Shown: piece after piece, positions 12,691-24,563 of the stretch
Position numbering within the stretch: the first letter of the stretch is position 1
Layout: each line of letters opens with the position of its first letter
Source of the DNA: Mobula hypostoma
Taxonomy: Eukaryota
Direction: 5' to 3'
Length of the DNA stretch: 64,000 bases
NCBI RefSeq assembly: GCF_963921235.1
Contig: NC_086097.1
Span: forward strand, 187,180,001-187,244,000
Translations under genes and position numbers: made by a program
The notes under the pieces: generated by a model
What the model saw: the letters and a program-made list of their open reading frames with translations, nothing else
What the model was told of the DNA's origin: nothing
Database searches by the model: none

Positions 12691-15119
12691 AAGAGAGTAT
12701 AATAATTTTTGGTTGTGGAAATGACTAAGTTCGCCAAGGCACGTTCAGGACAATACGTTTCTCTGTAGCCTATAGCACCTACATTATGAGAAAGCAGCAA
12801 TCTGTGAAAAATCCTTTAAACACACCAGCTGCTGGTCTTGAACAGGAGTCTGGAAAGAGAAAGATAAGAGAACTTAAGTGTTCGTGCACTATTTACTTCT
12901 TATTGTGCTTTAAAGTTGCTGAAATAGCAACATTTTGACAGATTTCAATCACAATCACTGTTTTCATGAGAAAAAATTCCTTGGATTCACCTTACTGATG
13001 TTAAGTTAGGAATGTTGCTTCATAATGTTGCCTGCAGAAAAGTTATAAACACAAGAGATTCTACAGATGTTGGTCCTGTTATGAAACTTTCCTTCACACC
13101 TTACACTTTGCAATCAGTTTATCTTCATTCACTTGGCTTCCCTTCATTTTCCTGATGATGGTGTTTTCCAAAAGACGCCTCTCCAGGCCACCCACAACAG
13201 AGAGTAACTTGATTCAAGTAGTCTAAAGGGAGGAATCTTGCTGATCAATCTCCAGCAGCTGGCTAACTACCTGTGGGCTAGTCAAACATTAACCAAGTAA
13301 AGCTAAAGTCCACAGAAGGTAGAATTGCACCTATAGAAGGAGGAACTAATCCAGTGCCAAACCTTACAGGATCTTTATAAATATCATGGCGGTCAGTCTT
13401 TCTGTTTGATGTTGAACTCAGCTGCGTCCAAACCCACCAGGATCTTAACCATATCTCTCAAATGTCTTTATGTGTCTGCTGCAAGAAGAGCAACTTTACC
13501 TTCTTCAGTCTAACACTAAATAATGTCTCTTGCCTCTGTACGTATTGTGTAAAATTCCTGAAGAACCTTCACATCTTTCCTCAGGAAAACCAAAAATTGA
13601 TTTTGATTGTGGTCAAAGCAATGTTTTAGAAATATTGAGTGTAACCTCCCTGCAGAAGAGTTAAAAAAATAAACTATTCGAGAATAACGTGGGATGCAAA
13701 ATACAGTGTAGTATCTGAAGAGAGCCATTTTATTGTGCCTGTTTAAATTTCATAACTTGTGATTATCATTCAGTGGGAAAACTTCTGGAATGAAAATGCT
13801 GTATAGTGTTGTTCACAACATTCTCACTGACATGCTAACTAATTCATTTACAAATGTGTCATGCTCAGAAATTCACTGCATGCTGTCCCTCTGTGACACT
13901 GATGCAGCAGAGCTAGTGTCATGTTTCTGATATTGGGACATCTGTGCTTTCTGTTACTGGAACTGGATTTAGTCCATCATTAAGCATTGCATATGACATC
14001 GAGGAGCAAACAAGGGTTTCCTAGGAAATAAAAAGGCTACGTTAACATCAAATAGGATGCAAGTCTGTATTGCCAGTTCCTCCACGTAAAGAATACATTA
14101 TATCTCCTATCCAAAACAAAGCTGACTAAGCGATGCATTGAGTTAATTAATTGATGAGTACATATAGTTGTTGTGTTTTGCAATGGTACTTATCATGAAA
14201 TATCTAACCTTGTGCTTCGTGTAGGTAATATGGGCATGGAAGAAATAAGAATAGTAATATCCTGGAGGGTTTCATTATTAGCTTGCTGTCAGACAAGTAT
14301 CTCTAGACTTCCTTGCAATATTCATGGTGATGCCAGGGTACCCATGTCAGCTGTCAAAATGCCTTGTTGTCTTCATAGTAGTAAGGATGAGAGGAAGTAA
14401 TTGACAGTGGAGCAGTGAAACTTGATGATTTAGACTTGGTAATATATCCTTTTGTTAATCATTTGAGGGATAGCCAAACGAACTAGCAAAATGTTCAGCC
14501 AATTTTATTTTGATCCCGTTTTCTTACCATAACAAAAATGAATTTGCAGCAAGTAAAATAAAATTTAATTTCATAATAGTTATATAAAATAAAAATATAA
14601 ATATTGCACTTGTTTTACAATATGAAGAACACATCTATTTTACTAAAAACTTGCCTAAAAATGGTAAAAGGGAATAAGACATTATTTCACTGAAAATGCG
14701 AAGAGACATCACATTACACACAGGCACAAAGTCTCATTATTAGTACCTTAGGCATAACTTCTTTGCCTTGCAGTGTTAGCTTTATGCAGACTGCCAGAGT
14801 TTCTATGGTTATACCCCTTCTGCATTAGAAAACAGTCAGATTAAGGAGAAGAGATTTGTAGACCAACCACTATTTATTCTAATTGTAGCCGAAAGGGAGA
14901 CTCTGTGCAGGCTTTCTTTCCAAGTGTTTGCAGTAAATGCTTGGTGCTATTGCATAGGAGCAGTTGTTGAAATGTCAGATGCTTCCTAACACCATCTTCT
15001 TCATCACCTTCCTTCCTTTAAAGCTGCAGCATATACACACTCAGAGTAATACTTAGTAAAAAAAAACCTGTCAGGTTGTGAACACAAAGTAAAACAACTA
15101 TTATTCTGACAATGTTTTC

Positions 15120-15400
15120 AGGTGTCAGAGTCGATAAAACCTATCTCTGACACCCCTCTATACTTTCTTACAATCACCTTAAAAGTATGTCCTCCCATAT
15201 TAGTCATTGCCACCCTGGGGAAAAAGATGCTGGCTGTCCACTTTCCTATGCCTCTCAAGATCATACACACCTCTATCAAGTCTTCTCTCATCCTGCTTTG
15301 CTCCAAAGTGATAACCTTTTCTCATTAACCATGCTCCCTAATCCAGGCAGCATACTGGTAATCCACCTCCGCCTTCTTTCTAAAGCCTTCCTAAAATGAA
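15120..15400 (-). mobile_element. CR1 3' fragment
   Basis: Minus-strand EQSRMREDLIEVCMILRGI..FFPRV. Confidence 0.6.
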
Positions 15401-15891
15401 TGTTTGGTCTTTGTCGTGCTGACAGACATAATTTTATTGATTTCTTTTTGACCATGCAGAGCTGTGGAGATTTTGTTTGGTGTAAACCATTATTGAGAAA
15501 AGAGGTATGTGAGGTTGATCACTTAAAAAGCATCCATGCAATCTTTATTCTACCTCAGAATGTTTGCATAGGTTCAATTATATGCAGTGCAGGAGTTCTA
15601 ATTTGTTTGTCAACAGAATGCATACATTGATGCAAATGCCAGGATTGATTGTAAATCACTATTTGTCCTTGAATTCAGAAGTCACTTAGAAGTAAGCCAC
15701 AGAGTCACATATGGGCCAGCCTCTTCTTGTTCTGGCCGTTAGACAGCAGGTGCAGGAGCCTGAAGGTTCAACAACCACTCCTACCCCACTATCATCAGGT
15801 TCTTAAACTGAACCGAAAAAACTTTAACACCATCTTGGGCTCTGTCTCTGTCTCTGTCTCTTTTTGCTCTAGTGTCTTTTTGCATTAGTGT

Positions 15892-16250
15892 TACTTGGTG
15901 GCCGCTTTATTAAATATACCAGCTCCCTATTGCAAATATTAATCAGCTAATCATGTGGCAACAAATCAATGCATAAAAGCATGCAGACATTGTCAAGAGG
16001 TAAAGTTGTTTTTCTGAATAATTCTCACATTGAGGAAGACGTGATCTAAATGACTTTGACTGTAGAATGATTGTTGGTGCCAGACAGGGTGGTTTGAGTA
16101 TCTCAGAAACTGCTGCTCTCCTGGGACCTTCATGTACACCAATCTCTAGAGTTTACAGAGAATGGTCTGAAGAAAAAAAAATCCAGTCACTGGCAGTTCT
16201 ATGGGCAAAAACGCCTTATTAGTGAGTGAGGCTGGAGGATAATGGCATAT
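15892..16250 (+). mobile_element. Tc1-family DNA transposon left-end fragment
   Basis: Degenerate TIR (gtggccgctttattaaatatacc), then an HTH remnant DLNDFDCRMIVGARQGGLSISETAALLG..ISRVYREW. Confidence 0.7.
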
Positions 16251-16964
16251 GGGTTGAATGGCAATATCAGAATTTATTTCTGATCTCAATTTATCTGTAA
16301 ACCAACAAACTTAAAGGGATGATTATAGTTTGACAGATTTTGAGTTAACATACTAGACCAGATCATACGAGCAACTGAGGTGATAGATAGGAGTTACAAG
16401 AAGGTAGTCACCCCTAAGTTGCAGGAGGCAGGTACCGAGGAGACTGTCAGGAGATGGAAAGGAAATAGGCAGACGATGCAGAATGCCCCAGTGGCCGTTT
16501 CCCTCAATAATAAGTATACTGTTTTGGATACTGTTGGGGGCATAACCTACCGGGGGAAACCAGAGCAGTCATGTATCTGGCACAGAGTCTGTTGCTGTGA
16601 CTCAGAAGGAAAGCGGAGAGAAGAGGACTGCAGTAGTGATAGGGGATTCCATAGTAGGAGGAATAGAGGTAAAATTCTGTGGACACAATAGAGACACCCA
16701 GATGGTATGTTACCTCCCAGGTGCCAGGGTCAGAGATCTCTCGGATTAGGTCCACAGCATTTCAAAGGGGGAGGGATGAGCAGCCAGAAGACTCTGTACC
16801 AATTTCAGTACCAATGATGTCGGTAGGAAAGCGAAAGAGATCCTGAAGAGAGAATTCAGAGAGCTAGGTAGCATGCTGAAAAGCAGGAGCTCCAGGGTTG
16901 TAACCTCTGGATTACTGCCCGTGCCGTGTGCCAGTGAGGGTAAGAATAGGATGATTTAACATAT

Positions 16965-17579
16965 TATGATTATGAAGACATGCAATCCAATTTTATTGTC
17001 ATTTAGTAATGCATGCATTAAGAAATGATACATTATTTCCTCCGGTGTGATATCACAAAACACAGGACAAACCAAGACTGAAAAAAATGACAAAACCACA
17101 TAATTATAACATATAGTTACAAACAGTGTAACAATACCATAACTTGATGAAGAAGTCCATGAGCACAGTAAAGTTCAAAGTTTCTCAAATGTCCCACATC
17201 TCATGCAGACAGGAAGAAAAACTCTCCCTGCCATGCCGACCACAATCCGACTCTGAGTTATCCAAAAACTTTGAGCTCTGATCAGCTCTCCGACTGGGTA
17301 CTGAGTGCCATCTCTGTCCGAATGATTCGACCTCCTTCTCGGTCGCCAAAAGCAGGCAAGGCCAGGGATTTTGAGGCCTACCCTCCAAAAGATTCCCGAC
17401 CACACATTAACGACAGCAGCGAACGGGTGTTTCAAAAATTTCTCCAGATGTTCTTTTGTGCTTTCACATCCATTCTCCATAAAATCAGAATTGTCCACGG
17501 CCCCTATTTAATGGATACGATATCATTTTTCACCGGAGGGCTGCGCACACGCAAGTGCGCCGCCATCTTCTCCTCCCAC
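16965..17579 (-). mobile_element. 615-bp non-coding retroposon with a YY1-motif head and LINE-like tail
   Basis: Interrupts CR1 with a catat duplication (16960-16964 / 17580-17584); minus strand starts gtgggaggagAAGATGGCGGcgc and ends aaatgacaataaa...cataatcata. Confidence 0.7.
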
Positions 17580-18321
17580 CATATGAATGTGTGGTTGAAG
17601 AACTGGTGCAGAGGGCAGGGATTCAGATTTCTGGATCATTGGGATCTCTTCTGGGGAAGGTATGACCTGAATACAAGGGGGACCAATAAACTTTTGGGCA
17701 GGTTTGCTAGAGCTATTGGGAAAAATTTAACCTAATTTGGCAGGGGGGATGGGAAACTGAGTGATAGGGCTGAGGATGGGGCAGTTGGTAAACAAGCAAA
17801 GGTTGTGCATATTGAGACTGTCAGGAACGACCGGATAGGACAAAAATCGCAGTCAGTGGAATGAGCTGCAGTGTAACATGGGACAAAATCAAAAAGGGTA
17901 ATGGATACAGCACTGAGGGTGTTATATTTGAAAGCACACAGTATAGGAAATAAGGTAGATGATCTTGTGGCGCGATTAGAGATTGGCAGGTATGATGTTG
18001 TGGGCATCACTGAGTCGTGGCTGAAAGAAGATCATAGTTGGGAGCTTAACATTCAAGGATACACATTGTATCGAAAGGACAGGCAGGTAGATTGGGGAGG
18101 GGGTGGCATGGATCTATTGGTAAAAAATGAAATCAAATCCTTAGAAAGAGGTGACATAAGATTGGAAGATGTGACTTCCGGCGTCGAGTATGGAGTGAGT
18201 TGGTGCGTGTGAGTGTGGCTCCCGATTTTTATTGAAAATCTACCTGTTTATCTTTGCCGTATGCTCGAGATAACTGGATACTTACCATTGTGAACAACGC
18301 GGGACATAGCTGGACATTGAA

Positions 18322-19230
18322 ATGGCAAGTAGAATGTACCTTCGAAGTAAAGCTGGGGAAAAAGATAGCGAAGCCTCGAGCAAGCAGACTGATGTTACAG
18401 TAATGGCGCCGTTGCACACTGCTGGAGCTGGACCCGGACCTGCCCTACCCGATGACTTGGAGAGGCTTCGTTTAGTGCTTATTACTGACATGACGCAAGC
18501 GGTGCATTCTGCCCTAAAAAGGGAACTTGAAGATGCTTTATCACCAGTGACTGCTACCATGGAACAAATTATGTCTGCTTACGAGACACACGACGAACGC
18601 ATTCGTGAGGTTGAAGACGGCCTGAATGATTACAGTGACCGACTGGTGAGCGCCGAAGCCGCCATTGCAGCGTTGCAGAGCGAAAACGCAGTTCTGAAGG
18701 GAAAGCTTGATGACCTCGAAAATCGGTCGCGGAGATCTAATTTGAGAGTGGTCGGCATTCCTGAAAATTTGGAAGGTTCGGACCCTGTTAAATTTATGAC
18801 CGAGTTTTTTGACGAAGTGCTGGGGGCAGATTTTTTCCCAAGTCCTCTCGTACTTTCGCGTGCTCACCGAGTCGGACGTAAACCATCCGGTGTCTCTGGA
18901 GCCAAGCGAACGAGACCAAGAATGTTCCTGGTTTGCTTTCACTCCTTTCAAGATAAGCAACGCATCATCAACAGACGGAAGCAGGAGCTGTATTTCCGCG
19001 GACACCGCGTGCTTTTTTATGAAGATTTTAGTGCGGAGCTGGGTAAAAAACGAGCAGCTTTCAAGGAGGTGAAATCCCTGCTTTACGGGAAAGGGGTCAG
19101 GTTTGGCCTCTTGTATTCTGCCCAGCTCCGGGTCATGCATGAAGGTAAAAAGCATTATTTCGATACACCAGAGGCGGCCAAAGAGTTTTACCATTCACGC
19201 TGGGGAGAACAAGAACGAGAAGAGCAATGA
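18322..19230 (+). CDS. L1 ORF1p (coiled coil, RRM, CTD), 302 aa
   Basis: Heptad-rich coiled coil ending KLDDLENRSRRSNLRVVGIPE; RAHRV; FYEDFSAEL..KR..F. Confidence 0.93.
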   Translation: MASRMYLRSKAGEKDSEASSKQTDVTVMAPLHTAGAGPGPALPDDLERLRLVLITDMTQAVHSALKRELEDALSPVTATMEQIMSAYETHDERIREVEDGLNDYSDRLVSAEAAIAALQSENAVLKGKLDDLENRSRRSNLRVVGIPENLEGSDPVKFMTEFFDEVLGADFFPSPLVLSRAHRVGRKPSGVSGAKRTRPRMFLVCFHSFQDKQRIINRRKQELYFRGHRVLFYEDFSAELGKKRAAFKEVKSLLYGKGVRFGLLYSAQLRVMHEGKKHYFDTPEAAKEFYHSRWGEQEREEQ

Positions 19231-19840
19231 CTTTTTTTTTTAGGTTATTCGTGCAGCATTGAAGGGGCCTCATGCCGAAGCAAACTGTTAATTTTCACAA
19301 TCCACTTCTTTGTTCATTTTTTCCAGTTTAATTTGTGGAACGCGATCGGGTCGAACTGCTATGCTGCCGAAACTGATTAACAAAAACTTTCAACCAGCAA
19401 AATGTAAATATTTGGGATTTATATCTCGGGTGTTTAAGTTGCCCAGTGTGTTTTTTTTTTGTTTTTAATGCTTAGCTTGACCTGTGTTATCTTTAGCCTA
19501 TATGTTATATTAAAGGTAGTATAAGTGATAGGATAAATTTTAGGGAGGGGAGCCACCCTAGATTAGATTGAAAGTTGGGTTGTATGGGGGACGCCTTGGA
19601 AGTTTTTGGTTGGGTACTGCCTGCGATCATCCTCAATTGGGGAGGTAGATCTAGGCTTCGGGGGTTAATTGGGTTTTTTTGTTTGTGTAAAGGGGTGGGG
19701 GGAGTGTTTTGGGGGATTACCATGGCAGTTTATTCTTTTGTGTGTTACGGATTGATCAGACTTTCTTTTTATTGTGCGTTATTGTGTGCAATTTATACCC
19801 TCGCACTGTTTTGGATTGTAGGCCCTGTGTGTCTTTTGAT

Positions 19841-22800
19841 ATGGTTAACATGAGTGCAGCTGATGGAGGCCACCCTGTGAGGTTTATTTCTTGGAATGTA
19901 AAGGGGCTTAATGGTCCGGTTAAAAGAGCTAAAGTTTTCTCACATCTGAAACAATTAAAAGCTGATATACTATTTCTACAAGAGACACATTTAAGAGTGG
20001 AGGACCATAATAGACTTCGTAAAGCATGGATTAGTCAGGTTTTTCATTCCAGATTTAATAGTAGGTCCAGGGGGGTGGCAATATTAATCACCAAAAGAAT
20101 GCAGTTCACACCATCTGATGTAATCAGTGACCCTAATGGTCACTTTATTATAGTCTCTGGCTCTCTCTTTCAGATACCTGTTATTTTGGTAAATGTTTAT
20201 GCTCCTAATTGGGACGATGTCCAATTTGCAAATAGGGTTTTGTCATTAATACCTAACCTGAATACACATAAGCTAATCTTTTCCGGAGATTTGAACTGTG
20301 CTATTGACCCACTGCTTGATAGGTCTTGCCCTAGGGGAACATTTTCTGGTATGGCAAAGGCCTTCTCGATGTTTATGCAACAAAATGGTTATATGGATCC
20401 TTGGAGATTTTTGAATCCATCAGTTAGGCAATTCTCTTTCTTCTCTCATGTTCACCACTCCTATTCCAGGCTAGACTATTTCTTTATAGATAATTCCTTG
20501 ATACCTATGATTAGACAAATCGAATACACTGCTATAGCTATATCTGATCACTCGCCCGTGAAACTGGACCTATGTTTTCCCTTAAACGTTAGAGAACGGC
20601 CTCTGTGGAGACTTAACCCCCTTTTGCTTTCTAATGAGAAATTTTGTAGTTATATATCGGCTAACATTGACACATTCTTCGAGACTAACAAAACTGAGTC
20701 GGTATCGTACTCTTTACTTTGGGAAACTTTAAAAGCTTACTTGAGGGGTCAAATAATATCTTATACTTCACATGCCAATAAAGAGCGTAGGAAGGAAATG
20801 CAAGTGTTATTGAAATCTATTTGGGACCTGGATAGAAAATACTCTGAGGCACCCACTGCGGAATTATATAAAAGCCGGGTTGATTTGCAAGCGAAGTTTA
20901 ATCTTCTATCTACAAACCTATCAGAACAATTAATTCTTAAGACAGGTGGCCTCTATTATGAATATGGTGACAAGACGAGCCGGCTTATGGCTCATCAGTT
21001 GAAACGTCAGGCTGCATCACGACTTATTCCTCAGGTAAGAGACATGCACCAGAACTTGACAAGCAATCCAAAAGAGATTAATAACATCTTTGCAACTTTT
21101 TATTCCTCTCTGTATGCCTCAGAGTTCCCCTCAGATAAAACAAATATGGATCGTTTTTTAGATAATTTGGAAATACCAACTCTTGAACCAGAGGAAGTGG
21201 AGAACCTAGATCGGGCTCTTGGGCAGGAAGAGATTAATAATGCCATTATGGCTATGCAGAGTGGTAAGTCCCCAGGTCCTGATGGTTATCCAATAGAATT
21301 TTATAAGAAATTTAAGGATAAGCTCACACCGGTCCTTCTAGAAGTGTTTCAGGAATCTTTGGAGAATGGCTCCTTACCCCCTTCTCTTTCACAGGCAGCT
21401 ATTTCACTACTTCTTAAAAAGGACAAGGACCCGACTCAATGTGGATCATATCGCCCCATTTCACTTTTGAATGTAGATGTGAAAATTTTGGCTAAAGTGC
21501 TTGCATGTCGTTTAGAACATCCCCTTCCCAAGATAATTTCAGATGATCAAACAGGTTTTATTAAAAATCGCTATTCTTTTTTTAATATCCGTCGACTGGC
21601 TGATGTGGTTTATTCACTGAGTGATTCTCCAAGTCCAGAGGTTGTTATCGCCTTGGACGCGGAGAAGGCATTTGATAGAGTGGAATGGGTATATTTATTT
21701 AGTGTTTTGGAGAAATTTGGATTTGGCAGAATATTTATAGCTTGGGTTAAGCTATTATACCACTCGCCTTCAGCGTGTATACAGACAAATTATTTTCGAT
21801 CTGGCTATTTCCCATTAAAACGTGGCACTCGCCAAGGCTGCCCACTGTCCCCTCTTCTTTTTGCAATTGCAATTGAGCCTCTTTCTATTGCAATTAAGTC
21901 AACTACATTATTTCAAGGTGTTATAAGAGGGGACATGGAACACCGTGTTTCCCTATATGCTGATGACCTCTTACTTTATGTTAACGACCCTATAGGTAGT
22001 AGTCCTGCTATTGTGTCATTATTAGGTCAATTTGGAGCCTTCTCTGGCTATAAGCTGAACTTTCAAAAAAGCAAATGCTTTCCCATTAATAACTTGGCCC
22101 TACAGATCCGACAGGAATCCTTGCCCTTTCCTTTATCTCAAGATGGTTTTGTATACCTAGGAATACATATTACTCGCTCTTTTACATCTCTGTTTGAAGC
22201 TAACTACAGGCCTCAGGTTAGCCAAATGAAGGCTGATTTCGAGAGATGGCGCAGTTTACCCCTTACTATAGCTGGGAGAATTCAGTCAGTGAAAATGACT
22301 ATACTTCCTAGATTTCTCTATTTGTTTCAGTGTTTGCCAGTTTTCTTATCTAAGTTATTTTTTAAATCAGTTGATCAAGCTATAACCTCCTTTATTTGGG
22401 AAAATAAGGTCCCAAGGGTTAATAAGCGCATTCTTCAAAGAGGTCGTGACATGGGTGGAATGGGTCTTCCCAGCTTTATTCATTATTACTGGGCATCGAA
22501 CATTCAAAAAGTATTATTTTGGCTTCACCGGCCAGATATAATCTGGTGCCTGCTTGAGTCACGATCTTGCCACTCCTCGTCTCTCCCAGCTTTGGTGTAT
22601 TCTTCCTTACCATTGAAATCCTCTCAATTCACATCTAACCCGGTTGTGCTCTCTACCCTCAAAATTTTTAATCAATTTCGCTGCCACTATAAGTTCCTAT
22701 CAGCTTCAGTTTTGGGCCCCATTCATAAAAACCATTTATTTCCTCCCTCCACATTCGATTCAGCTTTTAGACAATGGGGTTTGAATGGTCTTATGCGCAT

Positions 22801-23644
22801 TAAGGATTTGTATACTGATAACATATTTGATAGTTTTGATAACCTGCGCGGTAAGTATGGCCTTCCGCATAATCATTTTTTAAAATACCTGCAGATTCGC
22901 CACTTTGTCAAGGAAAAATTTCCCTCTTTTCCTGTTCTACCACCTGCTATGTTATGGGAAAAATTCACTCTTAGCTTTAACAATAAGGGGCTGATTTCTG
23001 AACTATACTCTCAGCTGATGTCTTTGGGAGTTCAAGATCTAAACAAAACTAAGAGTAGGTGGGAGGACGACCTCGGTATGGACCTTGCGGAAGAATATTG
23101 GGCAAAAGTATTGAATAGGGTTTATTTCTCATCATCATGTGCTAGACTGGGGCTCATACAATTCAAAGTTTTACACAGGGTACATTTAAGTAAAGCCAGA
23201 CTGGCAGACATATACCCTGGGACAGACGCTGGCTGTGACAGGTGTTCCTTCTCTCCGGCTGGTTTAATACATGCATTTTGGTCATGCCCTCGGCTTGATG
23301 ACTATTGGGCACTGGTTTTTAAAATTATCAGTGAGGTTTTGGGGGTGACACTGAGACCTTGCCCACTTATAGCTGTATTTGGTGTGGCAGATGATGATTT
23401 GGGTTTAAATGCAAGCCAGTCGGATATCATTGCATTTACATCGCTATTGGCCCGTAGGAGAATTTTGCTGGTTTGGAAATCTGCCACTCCCCCAACTGCT
23501 GCTGCTTGGTTAGAAGATGTAATGTTTTTTCTGAAATTAGAAAAGATTAAATTCACTTTGAGGGGGTCTGTGAAAAAGTTCTATTCAAAATGGGGACCTT
23601 TCTTATCATATTTTGGGAGTCTTAAGGAATTACCTACTAGTTGA
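19841..23644 (+). CDS. L1 ORF2p (APE endonuclease, reverse transcriptase, CCHC), about 1267 aa
   Basis: ISWNVKGLN, LQETH, GDLN, SDHSP; LDAEKAFDRV, GTRQGCPLSPLLF, YADD; CDRC..HAFWSC. The first in-frame ATG is at 19841; the ORF track start at 19709 is a TTG. Confidence 0.95.
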   Translation: MVNMSAADGGHPVRFISWNVKGLNGPVKRAKVFSHLKQLKADILFLQETHLRVEDHNRLRKAWISQVFHSRFNSRSRGVAILITKRMQFTPSDVISDPNGHFIIVSGSLFQIPVILVNVYAPNWDDVQFANRVLSLIPNLNTHKLIFSGDLNCAIDPLLDRSCPRGTFSGMAKAFSMFMQQNGYMDPWRFLNPSVRQFSFFSHVHHSYSRLDYFFIDNSLIPMIRQIEYTAIAISDHSPVKLDLCFPLNVRERPLWRLNPLLLSNEKFCSYISANIDTFFETNKTESVSYSLLWETLKAYLRGQIISYTSHANKERRKEMQVLLKSIWDLDRKYSEAPTAELYKSRVDLQAKFNLLSTNLSEQLILKTGGLYYEYGDKTSRLMAHQLKRQAASRLIPQVRDMHQNLTSNPKEINNIFATFYSSLYASEFPSDKTNMDRFLDNLEIPTLEPEEVENLDRALGQEEINNAIMAMQSGKSPGPDGYPIEFYKKFKDKLTPVLLEVFQESLENGSLPPSLSQAAISLLLKKDKDPTQCGSYRPISLLNVDVKILAKVLACRLEHPLPKIISDDQTGFIKNRYSFFNIRRLADVVYSLSDSPSPEVVIALDAEKAFDRVEWVYLFSVLEKFGFGRIFIAWVKLLYHSPSACIQTNYFRSGYFPLKRGTRQGCPLSPLLFAIAIEPLSIAIKSTTLFQGVIRGDMEHRVSLYADDLLLYVNDPIGSSPAIVSLLGQFGAFSGYKLNFQKSKCFPINNLALQIRQESLPFPLSQDGFVYLGIHITRSFTSLFEANYRPQVSQMKADFERWRSLPLTIAGRIQSVKMTILPRFLYLFQCLPVFLSKLFFKSVDQAITSFIWENKVPRVNKRILQRGRDMGGMGLPSFIHYYWASNIQKVLFWLHRPDIIWCLLESRSCHSSSLPALVYSSLPLKSSQFTSNPVVLSTLKIFNQFRCHYKFLSASVLGPIHKNHLFPPSTFDSAFRQWGLNGLMRIKDLYTDNIFDSFDNLRGKYGLPHNHFLKYLQIRHFVKEKFPSFPVLPPAMLWEKFTLSFNNKGLISELYSQLMSLGVQDLNKTKSRWEDDLGMDLAEEYWAKVLNRVYFSSSCARLGLIQFKVLHRVHLSKARLADIYPGTDAGCDRCSFSPAGLIHAFWSCPRLDDYWALVFKIISEVLGVTLRPCPLIAVFGVADDDLGLNASQSDIIAFTSLLARRRILLVWKSATPPTAAAWLEDVMFFLKLEKIKFTLRGSVKKFYSKWGPFLSYFGSLKELPTS

Positions 23645-24563
23645 GGGCATTTGATTGTACTTAGGAAGTTGCCTCCCATTTAACACACTTATAATTTACC
23701 TCACAGGGTGGTTGATGAATTGTAAATATGAGTGTATTTTGGATCATCTGACATGTTGCAGATGTGTATGAGCTGTCGTATTGAAGTAGTGTGGGGGTAC
23801 GGTTGTGAAATGTCCATACTTGTATTTGTGAATTGTTGTGTTGTAGATATATTAGCTGCCATGATATGTTCGGGGAGGGTGGGTGGGGGGGGGAGGTTTG
23901 TTTTGGGGGTACGATACTAAAGCAAAATGGAGGAAAATGTAATCCATTATATATTCTGTATTGTGTCATTCCTTCAATAAAAATAAATATATTAAAGATT
24001 GGAAGATGTAGAATCATTGTGGGTAGAGTTAAGGAACTATAAAGGTAAAAGACACTGATGGCCTCCGAACAATAGCCAGAATGTGGGCTACAATTATAAG
24101 AGGAGATAAAAATGCATGTCAAAAGGGCAGTGTTACGATAGTCATAAAGGATTTAAATGTGCAAGTAGACTGGGAAAATCAGGTTGATGCTGATTCTGGA
24201 TCCCAAGAGCTAGAACTTCTAGAATGCCTATCAGCTGGCTTTTTAGAGCAGCTTGTGGTTAAGCCTGCTAGGGGATCAGCTACTCTGGATTGGGTGCTGT
24301 GCAATGAACCAGATTGGATTAGGAAGCTTAGGGTAAAGAAACTCTTAAGAGGCAGTGACCATAATATGATAGAAGTCACCGTGCAAGTTGAAAGAGAGAA
24401 GCTAAGGTCAGATGTATCAGTATTACGGTAGAGTACAGAGAATTACAGAGGCATGCATTACAGAGCTGGCCAAAGTTGATTGGAAGGTGACACTAGTAAG
24501 GATGATGGCAGAGCAGCAATAGCTGGAATTTCTGGGAGAAGTTCACTAGGAGATAGATATTCT

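Larger units (their letters stand above)
18173..23994 (+). mobile_element. Full-length, apparently intact L1-clade LINE
   Basis: Perfect 15-bp TSD aagattggaagatgt (18158-18172 / 23995-24009); 5' end GACTTCCGG; two open ORFs; AATAAA at 23976. Confidence 0.97.

Noticed and set aside
18541..19194. 217-aa antisense ORF within L1 ORF1
   Set aside because: No recognisable motifs; most likely a shadow of the sense ORF.
19709..19840. N-terminal extension of L1 ORF2
   Set aside because: It starts at a TTG in the U-rich spacer; homology begins after ATG 19841/19850.
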